Source: a virus (taxonomy: Duplodnaviria; Caudoviricetes). From it: a stretch of 34,626 bases of DNA. The position numbers were made by a program, and so were the translations under genes. The notes below the pieces were generated by a model. It was not told the origin of the DNA, did no database searches, and worked only from the letters and a program-made list of their open reading frames with translations. Shown one piece after another: positions 27,137 through 34,316 of the stretch (the first letter of the stretch is position 1; every line of letters starts with the position of its first letter). The stretch is from positions 1 through 34,626 of the IMG/VR virus record IMGVR_UViG_3300020045_007614. One strand, written 5' to 3'.

Positions 27137-27828
27137 ACGATGCGTCCCACCCATCGACCACGTTTATTGAGAATCATGGGGATGAGGAGAGGTTGACCAT
27201 CGATGATGATACCTGTGCCGATGATGGGTCTCTTGAGATTGCAGTTATTGTAGGCGAAGGCTAGTGACTTAGGATCCACCAGACATCCAGTCTGCATACC
27301 CCAGAATAATCCAAGACTATTCCCCCAGTAGTGGATGTTGAATTTCTCATGATAATGACCCTGTGCAGCATTCATTCCCATTGACTGAGAGAGTTTATAC
27401 ACATCGGCACTCTTACCGTGATGGAGATAGAGAGATTGGGTGGAACTGATGGAGAGTGTGAGATCCATGTGCCATGTCCATGTTTCAGGGACTTCATAGA
27501 TCTCATGATAGGGGCGAATGTATGCGCGGGGAATTCCATTGGTTAGGGCCTTACGAAGATGGAGTGAGCCGTGATTGGATTCTACGAGACGAAGCTTGGG
27601 AATGAGCTTGGAGAGGGATTGAAGGAAGTCTGAGGCATAGTCGAGTTCTGTACCTGCACTATGTAGGTCGGGATTACTATCATGGTAGGAAATCGCGTGG
27701 GCATCGGCTTCATCCCCCATACATATCCATTGAGATGGGGCATAGATGGACTGGATACGGGTGAGAAATTCTAGTGCATCGGGATGTTGGTAGGGCGCAT
27801 GAAGATCTGATATCAGTCCTATGGTCAT
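27133..27828 (-). CDS. Calcineurin-like metallophosphoesterase
   Basis: ISDLH, GDEAD, SNH, HHG and GHYH motifs. Confidence 0.9.
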   Translation of the reverse strand: MTIGLISDLHAPYQHPDALEFLTRIQSIYAPSQWICMGDEADAHAISYHDSNPDLHSAGTELDYASDFLQSLSKLIPKLRLVESNHGSLHLRKALTNGIPRAYIRPYHEIYEVPETWTWHMDLTLSISSTQSLYLHHGKSADVYKLSQSMGMNAAQGHYHEKFNIHYWGNSLGLFWGMQTGCLVDPKSLAFAYNNCNLKRPIIGTGIIIDGQPLLIPMILNKRGRWVGRIV

Positions 27829-27892
27829 GCTCACATTATGGGCTAATGGTCGGGGAGATCATACTGGGCATAGGTATAGATATGTAGGTCTC

Positions 27893-28085
27893 TACGGCTC
27901 GCTTCGGGCCTTCGGCCCTGGCTCGCCGATGGCTCACGGCAAAGACACAACCCGTCAGAGATTGTTAGCGCAAAGACAAAAAGCGCCTACGGCGCGACGC
28001 CGAAGAAAAAGTGTAGTGAGCACGCGCGGCCCAGGGGCCAGCGCGTGAGGCAAGGGGTGTGCGGAGATTAGGCATCGAGTGCCCC
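27893..28085. other. GC-rich multi-hairpin non-coding element (candidate replication origin / ssDNA signal or structured RNA)
   Basis: Hairpins GGGCC-TTC-GGCCC (27906-27918), GCGCC-TAC-GGCGC (27983-27995) and CACGCGC..GCGCGTG (28021-28047); GCTCAC/GTGAGC long-range pair; direct repeat GCAAAGACA twice. Confidence 0.6.
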
Positions 28086-28088
28086 ACT

Positions 28089-28505
28089 CTATGTGAGTAG
28101 GGATCGGATGATAGAACGGCGTAGGGGCCAGTCTAGATCGAGAGACATGATGCCCATGACTGAGAGTTCCTCGGGTGTCGGTGCAAGGGGAGTGAGAATC
28201 GATGGGGGGAATGTGGTCTGATGGGGCATGTCCGTGGGTGCTTCGCTGACTGTGGCTCGCTTAGGCTTAGTGTTGACCCTACTGTATCTCTTAGTCCTGC
28301 GCCCTACCCTATTGTCGATGGCGAACCTACTGACTGTGGACTGGGTCCATGGATATCCATAGGGTGTCAAGTATCCCAGTGCATTCAGGTCCTTCGCTAT
28401 GATGGCCTGTGGAGTACCTTTCAGGTAGGCCTCCTTCATCAGTACCTTTACTTCTCTGAGTCTCTTCATGCTGGTAGTGGGTTTCTTCTTCTTCTTATCG
28501 GTCAT
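28089..28505 (-). CDS. DNA-binding protein with stand-alone serine-recombinase 'Recombinase' domain fragment
   Basis: IAKDLNALGYLTPYGYPWTQSTVSR matches IA..LN..G..T..G..W....V. No catalytic serine-recombinase domain. AAGGAGG SD. Confidence 0.7.
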   Translation of the reverse strand: MTDKKKKKPTTSMKRLREVKVLMKEAYLKGTPQAIIAKDLNALGYLTPYGYPWTQSTVSRFAIDNRVGRRTKRYSRVNTKPKRATVSEAPTDMPHQTTFPPSILTPLAPTPEELSVMGIMSLDLDWPLRRSIIRSLLT

Positions 28506-28747
28506 ATGACCTCCTTCTTACTAATTATGGTGTTCTCCCATCCCAGTCGTTTGGCCATCAAGGGAGACTCGAAAGTGACCTTGCGACCGGACTTGATATT
28601 GATGAGGGTGAAGACCCGTTCGCCATCTATGTCCCTCTCATAGCCCCCGATGAATTGAGCTGATGGATATCGGGTGTGCTTCCACACTCTCTTGAGCTTG
28701 GATCGGGCACTCGCATACATGGGTGGGATGAACTTCTGAGGTCTCAT
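28502..28747 (-). CDS. Hypothetical basic protein
   Basis: ATGA coupling on both sides; AAGGAG SD. Confidence 0.7.
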   Translation of the reverse strand: MRPQKFIPPMYASARSKLKRVWKHTRYPSAQFIGGYERDIDGERVFTLINIKSGRKVTFESPLMAKRLGWENTIISKKEVI

Positions 28748-28968
28748 TGGGTGGGCTCCTTGGTGGGTGATGTATATGGGGGCCAGTCATATTGACCCAG
28801 ATACTCTTCCAATAGACAGTGTTTATAGAGGAACTCTTCACTCTCATATTGATAGTAGTCATTGACCCACTCACGACAGGTGGCGAGATCATAGATACAT
28901 ATGGCCTTGTGTGCTTCGGGGAGTGATCCACAGAGCAGCATCATAAGATTAACAAAATACATTTCCAT
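28744..28968 (-). CDS. Hypothetical protein (Cys/Tyr-rich, hydrophobic N-terminus)
   Basis: AAGGAG SD; coupled to the downstream gene. Confidence 0.65.
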   Translation of the reverse strand: MEMYFVNLMMLLCGSLPEAHKAICIYDLATCREWVNDYYQYESEEFLYKHCLLEEYLGQYDWPPYTSPTKEPTQ

Positions 28969-29085
28969 TTAATATTCTCCTTGGGTTTTTATATATTGGT
29001 TCCAGACCCATTCTTGATACACCTCACTATTACAGTGAGTGAGAATGAGTAAGATTGTGATTAGTATTAGGGTGTTTGGTTTCAT
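28969..29085 (-). CDS. 38-aa putative lipoprotein/membrane peptide (not in the ORF track)
   Basis: Translates MKPNTLILITILLILTHCNSEVYQEWVWNQYIKTQGEY. ATGA overlap with the upstream stop, and its stop abuts the next start, exactly filling the gap. Confidence 0.6.
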   Translation of the reverse strand: MKPNTLILITILLILTHCNSEVYQEWVWNQYIKTQGEY

Positions 29086-29393
29086 GGTGACTCTTCTTGG
29101 TTTAGTTTCTCTGCTTGTTCGAGGGCTTGGCGGGCAGTCTGGCCATAATCATCAATAACAAAATTTGAACTAGGCGCATTGTATGGTCGAAACTCTCCGT
29201 GAGTTTTATAAAACTCAAGAGCCTCTCGCATAACTCCAATAACCCTATCCTTATCCTCAAGGAGCTTGGTTAGTTCTACAATTGTATTGTGTATATTCTT
29301 TTGATGAGTATCATGACAGTCATCGCAAATAGTCTGTATAAGTGAATTAAACGCAGAGTCGCACTCTTCGCATATTTTTTGAAAGTCACTCAC
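29082..29393 (-). CDS. Hypothetical protein with CxxC..CxxC zinc ribbon and coiled coil
   Basis: GTGA overlap with the methyltransferase stop; CEEC...CDDC. Confidence 0.65.
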   Translation of the reverse strand: MSDFQKICEECDSAFNSLIQTICDDCHDTHQKNIHNTIVELTKLLEDKDRVIGVMREALEFYKTHGEFRPYNAPSSNFVIDDYGQTARQALEQAEKLNQEESP

Positions 29394-29971
29394 GTATCCA
29401 CCTTCCCGCAGCGAGTGCATTCATTTGCACCCCATTGATCGGCCATTGCATCAGCAATACCTTGATAAGTTATACTTCTTAATTTCCATCTGTCTTTAGC
29501 TGGAGGGAGCTTATGCACCCTAGGGTTTCTGCCCTCGACAATATTTGTTGGTTTAAGTTTAGGTAAATTTTTAAGCCAAAGACAAGTAGCCTTAGTTTCT
29601 CCGTGGCCAAATTGCCAAGGCTGTATAATTTGACATGGTTTTTTATATTGACTCGACATTATGCTTATTGGGTTTTCAACGGCTATTTTTTTAATAGGCG
29701 CATTTATCAATTTCATAAAAAACTTTATAGCCTCGGCCTGTTCTGTTTTTTTATCCTTAAACCAGCGCGCACCACTGACTGCTAGGTGCGTACAGGGGGG
29801 ATGAGCAATCATTAAGTCCCAGCCTTGCTTGAGTACTGTCAAAACATCACGCTGCAAATGCTGCCCATGGCTATCTGTAGGTAACAAATCACAGGACCAA
29901 GCATCGTGCCCTTTGGCTTTAAAGGCATCGCGGACTATGCCCGAGAACTCACAAGCAATTAAAACTTTCAT
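29390..29971 (-). CDS. Minimal C5 cytosine DNA methyltransferase-like protein
   Basis: MKVLIACEFSG variant motif I, WSCDL, DLMIAHPPC catalytic PC, ENP motif VI and QPWQFGH..K.T.LW. Confidence 0.82.
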   Translation of the reverse strand: MKVLIACEFSGIVRDAFKAKGHDAWSCDLLPTDSHGQHLQRDVLTVLKQGWDLMIAHPPCTHLAVSGARWFKDKKTEQAEAIKFFMKLINAPIKKIAVENPISIMSSQYKKPCQIIQPWQFGHGETKATCLWLKNLPKLKPTNIVEGRNPRVHKLPPAKDRWKLRSITYQGIADAMADQWGANECTRCGKVDT

Positions 29972-30184
29972 CTAATCGTTCTCCGCTCTAGGTCCACAGT
30001 GACATTGCTTGGCCTTCATTGCACCACAACCAGAACACCATGGTGTCGGGTCATAGTCTGGGTCTATTTCACTAATAGTTCGACCGCATCGCTCACAGTC
30101 ATAGGCAATCACATCAAGAGAAGTGTATTTGATGTCCTTATGCCCGAATAAAAAACAGAGGAGGCGATTGATCTTCTCCTTCAT
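29972..30184 (-). CDS. Small Cys-rich zinc-binding protein (LLC.LFGH type)
   Basis: GGAG SD before MKEK; LLCFLFGHK, CERC, CSGC and CHC. Confidence 0.6.
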   Translation of the reverse strand: MKEKINRLLCFLFGHKDIKYTSLDVIAYDCERCGRTISEIDPDYDPTPWCSGCGAMKAKQCHCGPRAEND

Positions 30185-30276
30185 ATCTCCACCCCCGCGT
30201 GAAACTCCATAGATGGCCCCAATAGGATAATCATCCACAGACATATTCGATCTTCTATAGAACACATGTACATAGC

Positions 30277-30510
30277 TCAGAATCCCTCATCATCTCTCAT
30301 AGACACATGTGGCATCAAGGGCATCTGTGGTGGTTGAGGTCTATAGGATGGGCCCGGTGAGAATAGTACAGTGGAGGACTTGTCCTTGCCTGGCCCAAAT
30401 ATCTCACTGAGTTCTCCATAGAGGATTCGAGCCTCCTCTAGGGTGAGTGCCAACACTCCTCCCTTAGTCTTCACCGTAAACATACTTTCAAGTCTTACAT
30501 ATGTACTCAT
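30277..30510 (-). CDS. Hypothetical protein
   Basis: ATGA coupling and GGGGG SD; LTLEEARILYGEL motif. Confidence 0.6.
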   Translation of the reverse strand: MSTYVRLESMFTVKTKGGVLALTLEEARILYGELSEIFGPGKDKSSTVLFSPGPSYRPQPPQMPLMPHVSMRDDEGF

Positions 30511-30809
30511 ACATCCCCCATATCTGCTACACGCTCGATCCATGGTCTCTTCTTACGAGGAGACTTACATAGACACTCATTCTTACCCATATCCCTCTTA
30601 TAGTGCTGGGCCAGATTATCCTCATGTGCTTTAGTGGCCTCGGCCAGTATCTTAAGCCCATGCACATATGCTGCCCGCTCACTCTTAAACATCGTGTGAT
30701 CATCGAGCCACTTACCTGCCGACCATAGGAGTCTCTCCCACTCGCCCATCGACATCCTCACTGCCAATCCCTTCGTACATCCCATCACTTCAGCCTTTAT
30801 CAGCTTCAT
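30507..30809 (-). CDS. Hypothetical protein
   Basis: Packed ORF in the minus-strand operon with GGGG SD. Confidence 0.6.
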   Translation of the reverse strand: MKLIKAEVMGCTKGLAVRMSMGEWERLLWSAGKWLDDHTMFKSERAAYVHGLKILAEATKAHEDNLAQHYKRDMGKNECLCKSPRKKRPWIERVADMGDV

Positions 30810-31152
30810 CTATTATCCCCCGAACTTTCTTCAATATATCTTTCTCTTCCCCCAGCATAGCTAGGGAATACTTAGTGTGTCCACAGTACCCGCATTGGGT
30901 CTGAACCAGTCTCACCTGTGCCAGTTGATCCAACTGATACTCAAGTTGTCGAGTGGCCTCCACATAAGGGGCCAGTTGTTTGGCTACGAGTGAGTGGAGG
31001 TGTTTCACCCCATATTCCTTGAATAGTTCGTAGGTGTGATACTTCACCCCACCCATAGTGAGATCCAATATATGGGTGATCTCACTCTTAGTACGCCCCT
31101 CCACATAGAGGGCCAAGACTTTATCCCTAGTAGTCATCTTCACTTCCATCAT
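30790..31152 (-). CDS. LuxR/GerE-type HTH DNA-binding protein with C-terminal CxxC
   Basis: TTRDKVLALYVEGRTKSEITHILDLTMGGVKYHTYELFKEYGV fits the LuxR HTH pattern; also CGYC. Confidence 0.75.
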   Translation of the reverse strand: MMEVKMTTRDKVLALYVEGRTKSEITHILDLTMGGVKYHTYELFKEYGVKHLHSLVAKQLAPYVEATRQLEYQLDQLAQVRLVQTQCGYCGHTKYSLAMLGEEKDILKKVRGIIDEADKG

Positions 31153-31502
31153 GTCTCTGTGTCCCTGATGGGGATCTTACGTCTCTTGAGTGTCCCTTGG
31201 ATGGCCTCGATGGAGTCTGTATGATCTAGACATAAGGTCTCCCACTCACTCTGGGTGATGTATGGTGGTTTCCTTCCCCTCACCGTCAATACCCCCACTC
31301 CCTTAGCATTGACCTTCCATGTACAGGCTTTAGGGGGTGCCTTCACTACCTTATAGGTAGCCTGTCTCTCCTTGAGCTTTACCTTTCGGAGTGCTCGCAC
31401 TGATCGATCGTGGGCCTGAATCTGACCCAGATGCCATGCATAGGATTCAGCCACATGGGTGTGGATGGAGTGGGCTGATATGTAGATGCCCCGTCTCACC
31501 AC
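31149..31502 (-). CDS. Hypothetical basic protein
   Basis: Overlaps its neighbours at start and stop, consistent with translational coupling. Confidence 0.55.
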   Translation of the reverse strand: MVRRGIYISAHSIHTHVAESYAWHLGQIQAHDRSVRALRKVKLKERQATYKVVKAPPKACTWKVNAKGVGVLTVRGRKPPYITQSEWETLCLDHTDSIEAIQGTLKRRKIPIRDTET

Positions 31503-31909
31503 GTGGCACCAAAATATTGAGTCTGGATAATTCCATATCTCTCACCATAATTCACATCGGGATCATCAAGCGTAGATTGATACAGTTGTTCCTTTACCTC
31601 ATCCCATGCACCCTTAGGTACTATATAGAGGGCATTATTGGGACCCGACATCATCTGAAGACCCAGTGAACTGGCATGGGATGCTAAGAAATCGTTGGCC
31701 TTACTCCCTAGGAGATCCTTGAATTTCCTATGATATCTCAGCTGTATATCACCCATCTTGGTAGCCTTATGGAGACCTTGCCAGTTGAATACTACTTCTT
31801 GGGTGAGGAGGGACTTGAATAGTTCTGGTTCCTTAGCCATATACACAGCCATTCTCACCTGTGTGACTGAGTCCGCTGGGTTCAAGGGATTATATGTGAT
31901 TAAACTCAT
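31496..31909 (-). CDS. Hypothetical protein
   Basis: GAGG SD and ATGA coupling. Confidence 0.65.
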   Translation of the reverse strand: MSLITYNPLNPADSVTQVRMAVYMAKEPELFKSLLTQEVVFNWQGLHKATKMGDIQLRYHRKFKDLLGSKANDFLASHASSLGLQMMSGPNNALYIVPKGAWDEVKEQLYQSTLDDPDVNYGERYGIIQTQYFGATW

Positions 31910-32166
31910 CCAATCCTCACAATCTTATACACATCCGGTGGAGTGGCTAACCTATCCAGATACTGTCTCTTCACACTCTCCCCCTTAGCCTTAGCCTTCG
32001 AGAGGTGAAAATCATCCTCAATCACCCATCCCATAGTGAGTGTGTTGGTTAGTCTCTCTAGGACCTGATCCCATGACTCACCCTTAGTCTTAGCCTCCGA
32101 GAGTCTATTGAGGACTTCATTGGATACCCGGATCACCTTACTGTTTCTCTGTGTCGTGTGGCCCAT
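31906..32166 (-). CDS. Ribbon-helix-helix DNA-binding protein
   Basis: VIRVSNEVLNRLSEAKTKGESWDQVLERL fits the RHH pattern (I.VS.E...RL...K..GES...V..RL). Confidence 0.7.
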   Translation of the reverse strand: MGHTTQRNSKVIRVSNEVLNRLSEAKTKGESWDQVLERLTNTLTMGWVIEDDFHLSKAKAKGESVKRQYLDRLATPPDVYKIVRIG

Positions 32167-32168
32167 GA

Positions 32169-32516
32169 TTAAAAGCCCGACCGCTTGGTTTGGCGTTTCT
32201 GGCCGTATGATTCCTGCAGGGTCCCTCTGAGATCATCGAGTGCCTTCGATGCGATATGCTCGGGCACATCTTGCATCGGTGCCACTTGACACTGGAAGTG
32301 CAGATATTGTACGTGGCCCTTAGGTCGATAGACATGTACAGCACAGGACCCGACATATTCGCTGGTCTCCAGTTGGTTGATATTCCTCCCAATCTCCCTC
32401 AGCATGGCATTGGCGATGGTGGATCTCTCACTGGTCTCGGTGGATCGGGAGACTTGAGCCTGAGAACCTAACTGAGAGTCAAATGCTTTTTTCTTAAAAT
32501 CATGGATATCGTTCAT
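32169..32516 (-). CDS. Hypothetical protein
   Basis: AAGAGG SD; first gene after a 236-nt intergenic region. Confidence 0.7.
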   Translation of the reverse strand: MNDIHDFKKKAFDSQLGSQAQVSRSTETSERSTIANAMLREIGRNINQLETSEYVGSCAVHVYRPKGHVQYLHFQCQVAPMQDVPEHIASKALDDLRGTLQESYGQKRQTKRSGF

Positions 32517-32625
32517 CGGTGGTGGTTCCTCTTAGGTGGTGAATCGGGTCACTAATAGGTAACACACCCCGATGGGGAAATCCACATGATAATTCTTTGC
32601 GGTGGTGTGGCATAGGTGGGGAAAT

Positions 32626-32697
32626 TATAGTCTAGTCCCTATAGGGACCATCGGATAGGGACTGGACTGACCCATCTATAGGCCCTAGACTATAGAT
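32626..32697. repeat. Nested inverted-repeat / palindrome cluster
   Basis: TATAGTCTAG..CTAGACTATA, perfect palindrome GTCCCTATAGGGAC, AGTCTAGTCCCTAT..ATAGGGACTGGACT and ATCTATAG..CTATAGAT. Confidence 0.8.
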
Positions 32698-32712
32698 CAC
32701 TTCATGTACATC

Positions 32713-32732
32713 GGGGCGCTCGCCCCTTTCTT
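32713..32732 (+). terminator. Intrinsic terminator-like hairpin with U-tract on the + strand
   Basis: GGGGCG-CT-CGCCCC followed by TTTCTT. A second hairpin, GGGCCT-AA-AGGCCC, lies at 32739-32752. Confidence 0.5.
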
Positions 32733-32752
32733 AAGTTCGGGCCTAAAGGCCC

Positions 32753-33298
32753 TCACTCTCCAAACACTTCACTGACTAGGTATTCATAGCCGAGTGGGGT
32801 AGGATGCAGTGTGTCGTAAAACATCTCTGTGGTTTGGTTGGCCATGGACCAGGAGAAGAAGTCCAGTATTTGAATATTGTGTGTCTCCCCCATCTCATCG
32901 ATCCATGCATTGAGCTCGATGGTCTGTGCGAGTCTCTCGGGAGTCTTATCTGCATACTTGAGGACTGGATTGATATTCACTAGGACTAGTTGTCTACAGT
33001 TCATACGACAGTGCTCGATGGCCCGCTCTATCTGGACCTTGATCAGATCCGGTACGAACCCATTATGCCCACATCCCAATATCACTGTGTCTCTGGGACC
33101 TGCACTCACTAGTATATCCACCGCACTCACACAGTGAGTACCACCTTGGGCTAGATTCTCCATCCTCACACCCTGATAGGTGGTGATGGGAAGACTTGCC
33201 ATGATAGAGTCTCCCACTATCAGTCCATCCCCATAGGTGGTCTCGCCTCCATCCCCACACGCTGTGAGGGATAGAATTGTGAGGGCCAGACTGATCAT
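32753..33298 (-). CDS. SGNH/GDSL hydrolase lipoprotein
   Basis: Signal peptide with LTAC lipobox; block I VGDSI, block II NLAQGG, block III GHN, block V DTLHP. GGGAG SD before the ATG at 33298. Confidence 0.87.
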   Translation of the reverse strand: MISLALTILSLTACGDGGETTYGDGLIVGDSIMASLPITTYQGVRMENLAQGGTHCVSAVDILVSAGPRDTVILGCGHNGFVPDLIKVQIERAIEHCRMNCRQLVLVNINPVLKYADKTPERLAQTIELNAWIDEMGETHNIQILDFFSWSMANQTTEMFYDTLHPTPLGYEYLVSEVFGE

Positions 33299-33308
33299 TC
33301 TCCCTAGG

Positions 33309-33446
33309 CTATACATGGAGAATCACCCACCACACGATGATTAATCCCAATCCCTTCATCCATCGATAGTTCTCCTGGAGCATGTATACATAGGGTGCGA
33401 TGGCATCTACCCCTCCACTCATCCATCCCATCACCATCATCGTCAC
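33309..33446 (-). CDS. Small membrane peptide (not in the ORF track)
   Basis: GTGA overlap with the upstream stop; ends ...RWMKGLGLIIVWWVILHV and fills the gap before the SGNH gene. The start may be further downstream. Confidence 0.4.
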   Translation of the reverse strand: MTMMVMGWMSGGVDAIAPYVYMLQENYRWMKGLGLIIVWWVILHV

Positions 33447-33691
33447 TTGATCGAACATATATACTCCTTAAGTGTGGTCTCATCCTCATCACCTGAATAG
33501 ATCTCGATGGTATATCCAAGGAGCTGGATGGTTTGGAGTGATTTGGGGGTGAGTGTGGTCTGACGAGCCAGATTAGCCAGTAACTGTGCTGTATTACACA
33601 CCGGATACACCGACACTCTCCCATAGTGTTTCTCTATTCTGACTACTAGGGTACGTATTTGGGGGAGTCTCCCCGCTGCTGACTGTATCAT
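33443..33691 (-). CDS. Hypothetical phage protein
   Basis: GGAGG SD and ATGA coupling; the YG...YPVC..A..LA.L....TLT......I..LGY pattern recurs in small phage early proteins. Confidence 0.7.
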   Translation of the reverse strand: MIQSAAGRLPQIRTLVVRIEKHYGRVSVYPVCNTAQLLANLARQTTLTPKSLQTIQLLGYTIEIYSGDEDETTLKEYICSIK

Positions 33692-33960
33692 CTGTCCTCC
33701 TGCATATCTCGTAAGTAATCCCCATAGTCCGCGTAGTGTTCACTAATCTTCTCGGGGATCTTATTGAAGATCTGTGGAAACAGGGCCTCGAATTCCTCAT
33801 CGGTGAGATCGACTGATTGTTTGCCATGGGGTGTCAATTCCACCATGCTGATCGAATAGTCACTCAAACTATCCACCTCTACCTCTAGATAGAGGTCACC
33901 CTTACATGCCTGACCATCCACCACATACTCCACATCTTTAAACGTATCTGCATACACCAT
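33688..33960 (-). CDS. Acidic early protein (90 aa)
   Basis: GGAGGAG SD before the ATG at 33960 and a promoter just upstream. The ORF-track extension to 34317 is not supported. Confidence 0.75.
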   Translation of the reverse strand: MVYADTFKDVEYVVDGQACKGDLYLEVEVDSLSDYSISMVELTPHGKQSVDLTDEEFEALFPQIFNKIPEKISEHYADYGDYLRDMQEDR

Positions 33961-33989
33961 TCTGTACTCCTCCCATCCACATTGGATGA

Positions 33990-34018
33990 ATGTTAGGGTG
34001 ATCAATGCACTGCGACAA
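33990..34018 (-). promoter_or_regulatory. Sigma70-like early promoter
   Basis: Minus strand TTGTCG-N17-TAACAT, followed by a CATCCA..TGGATG hairpin and the SD. Confidence 0.65.
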
Positions 34019-34047
34019 AGAATCACCTGTATATTGTTCTTATTCAT

Positions 34048-34269
34048 ATGGCCCCATATAATGGCTACATGGATAAGAACAAACTGAAACCCAAGCCCAA
34101 GTCCTTCTACGATCAACTCGCCAGTGCCTTTACAGCCTCTAAGACCTCTAAGGCTGATGTACCCAAGGACCTTGAGGATGATGGGCCTAGCATAGCGGAG
34201 CAGATCAATTTCGGTGGCCGCTACCCGGATGAGACCAAGTCCAAACCTAAACCCAAGCCTAAGAAGTAA
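34048..34269 (+). CDS. Small protein with KPKPK repeats at both ends
   Basis: Phage-like codon use (AAG, CCC/CCT, GAT) and fills the gap between two minus-strand genes. Confidence 0.6.
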   Translation: MAPYNGYMDKNKLKPKPKSFYDQLASAFTASKTSKADVPKDLEDDGPSIAEQINFGGRYPDETKSKPKPKPKK

Positions 34270-34316
34270 CTCCACCACCACACACACTGTGAGTGAGAAG
34301 ACTAGTGCTATCCCCA

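Noticed and set aside
27821-28048. 75-aa + strand ORF across the hairpin island
   Set aside because: No SD, atypical codons and a low-complexity Arg/Gly/Ala product. Better explained as structured non-coding DNA.
32629-32650. T7-type phage promoter (CTATAGGG resemblance)
   Set aside because: No single-subunit RNA polymerase in the window and no repeated ~23-bp consensus before late genes.
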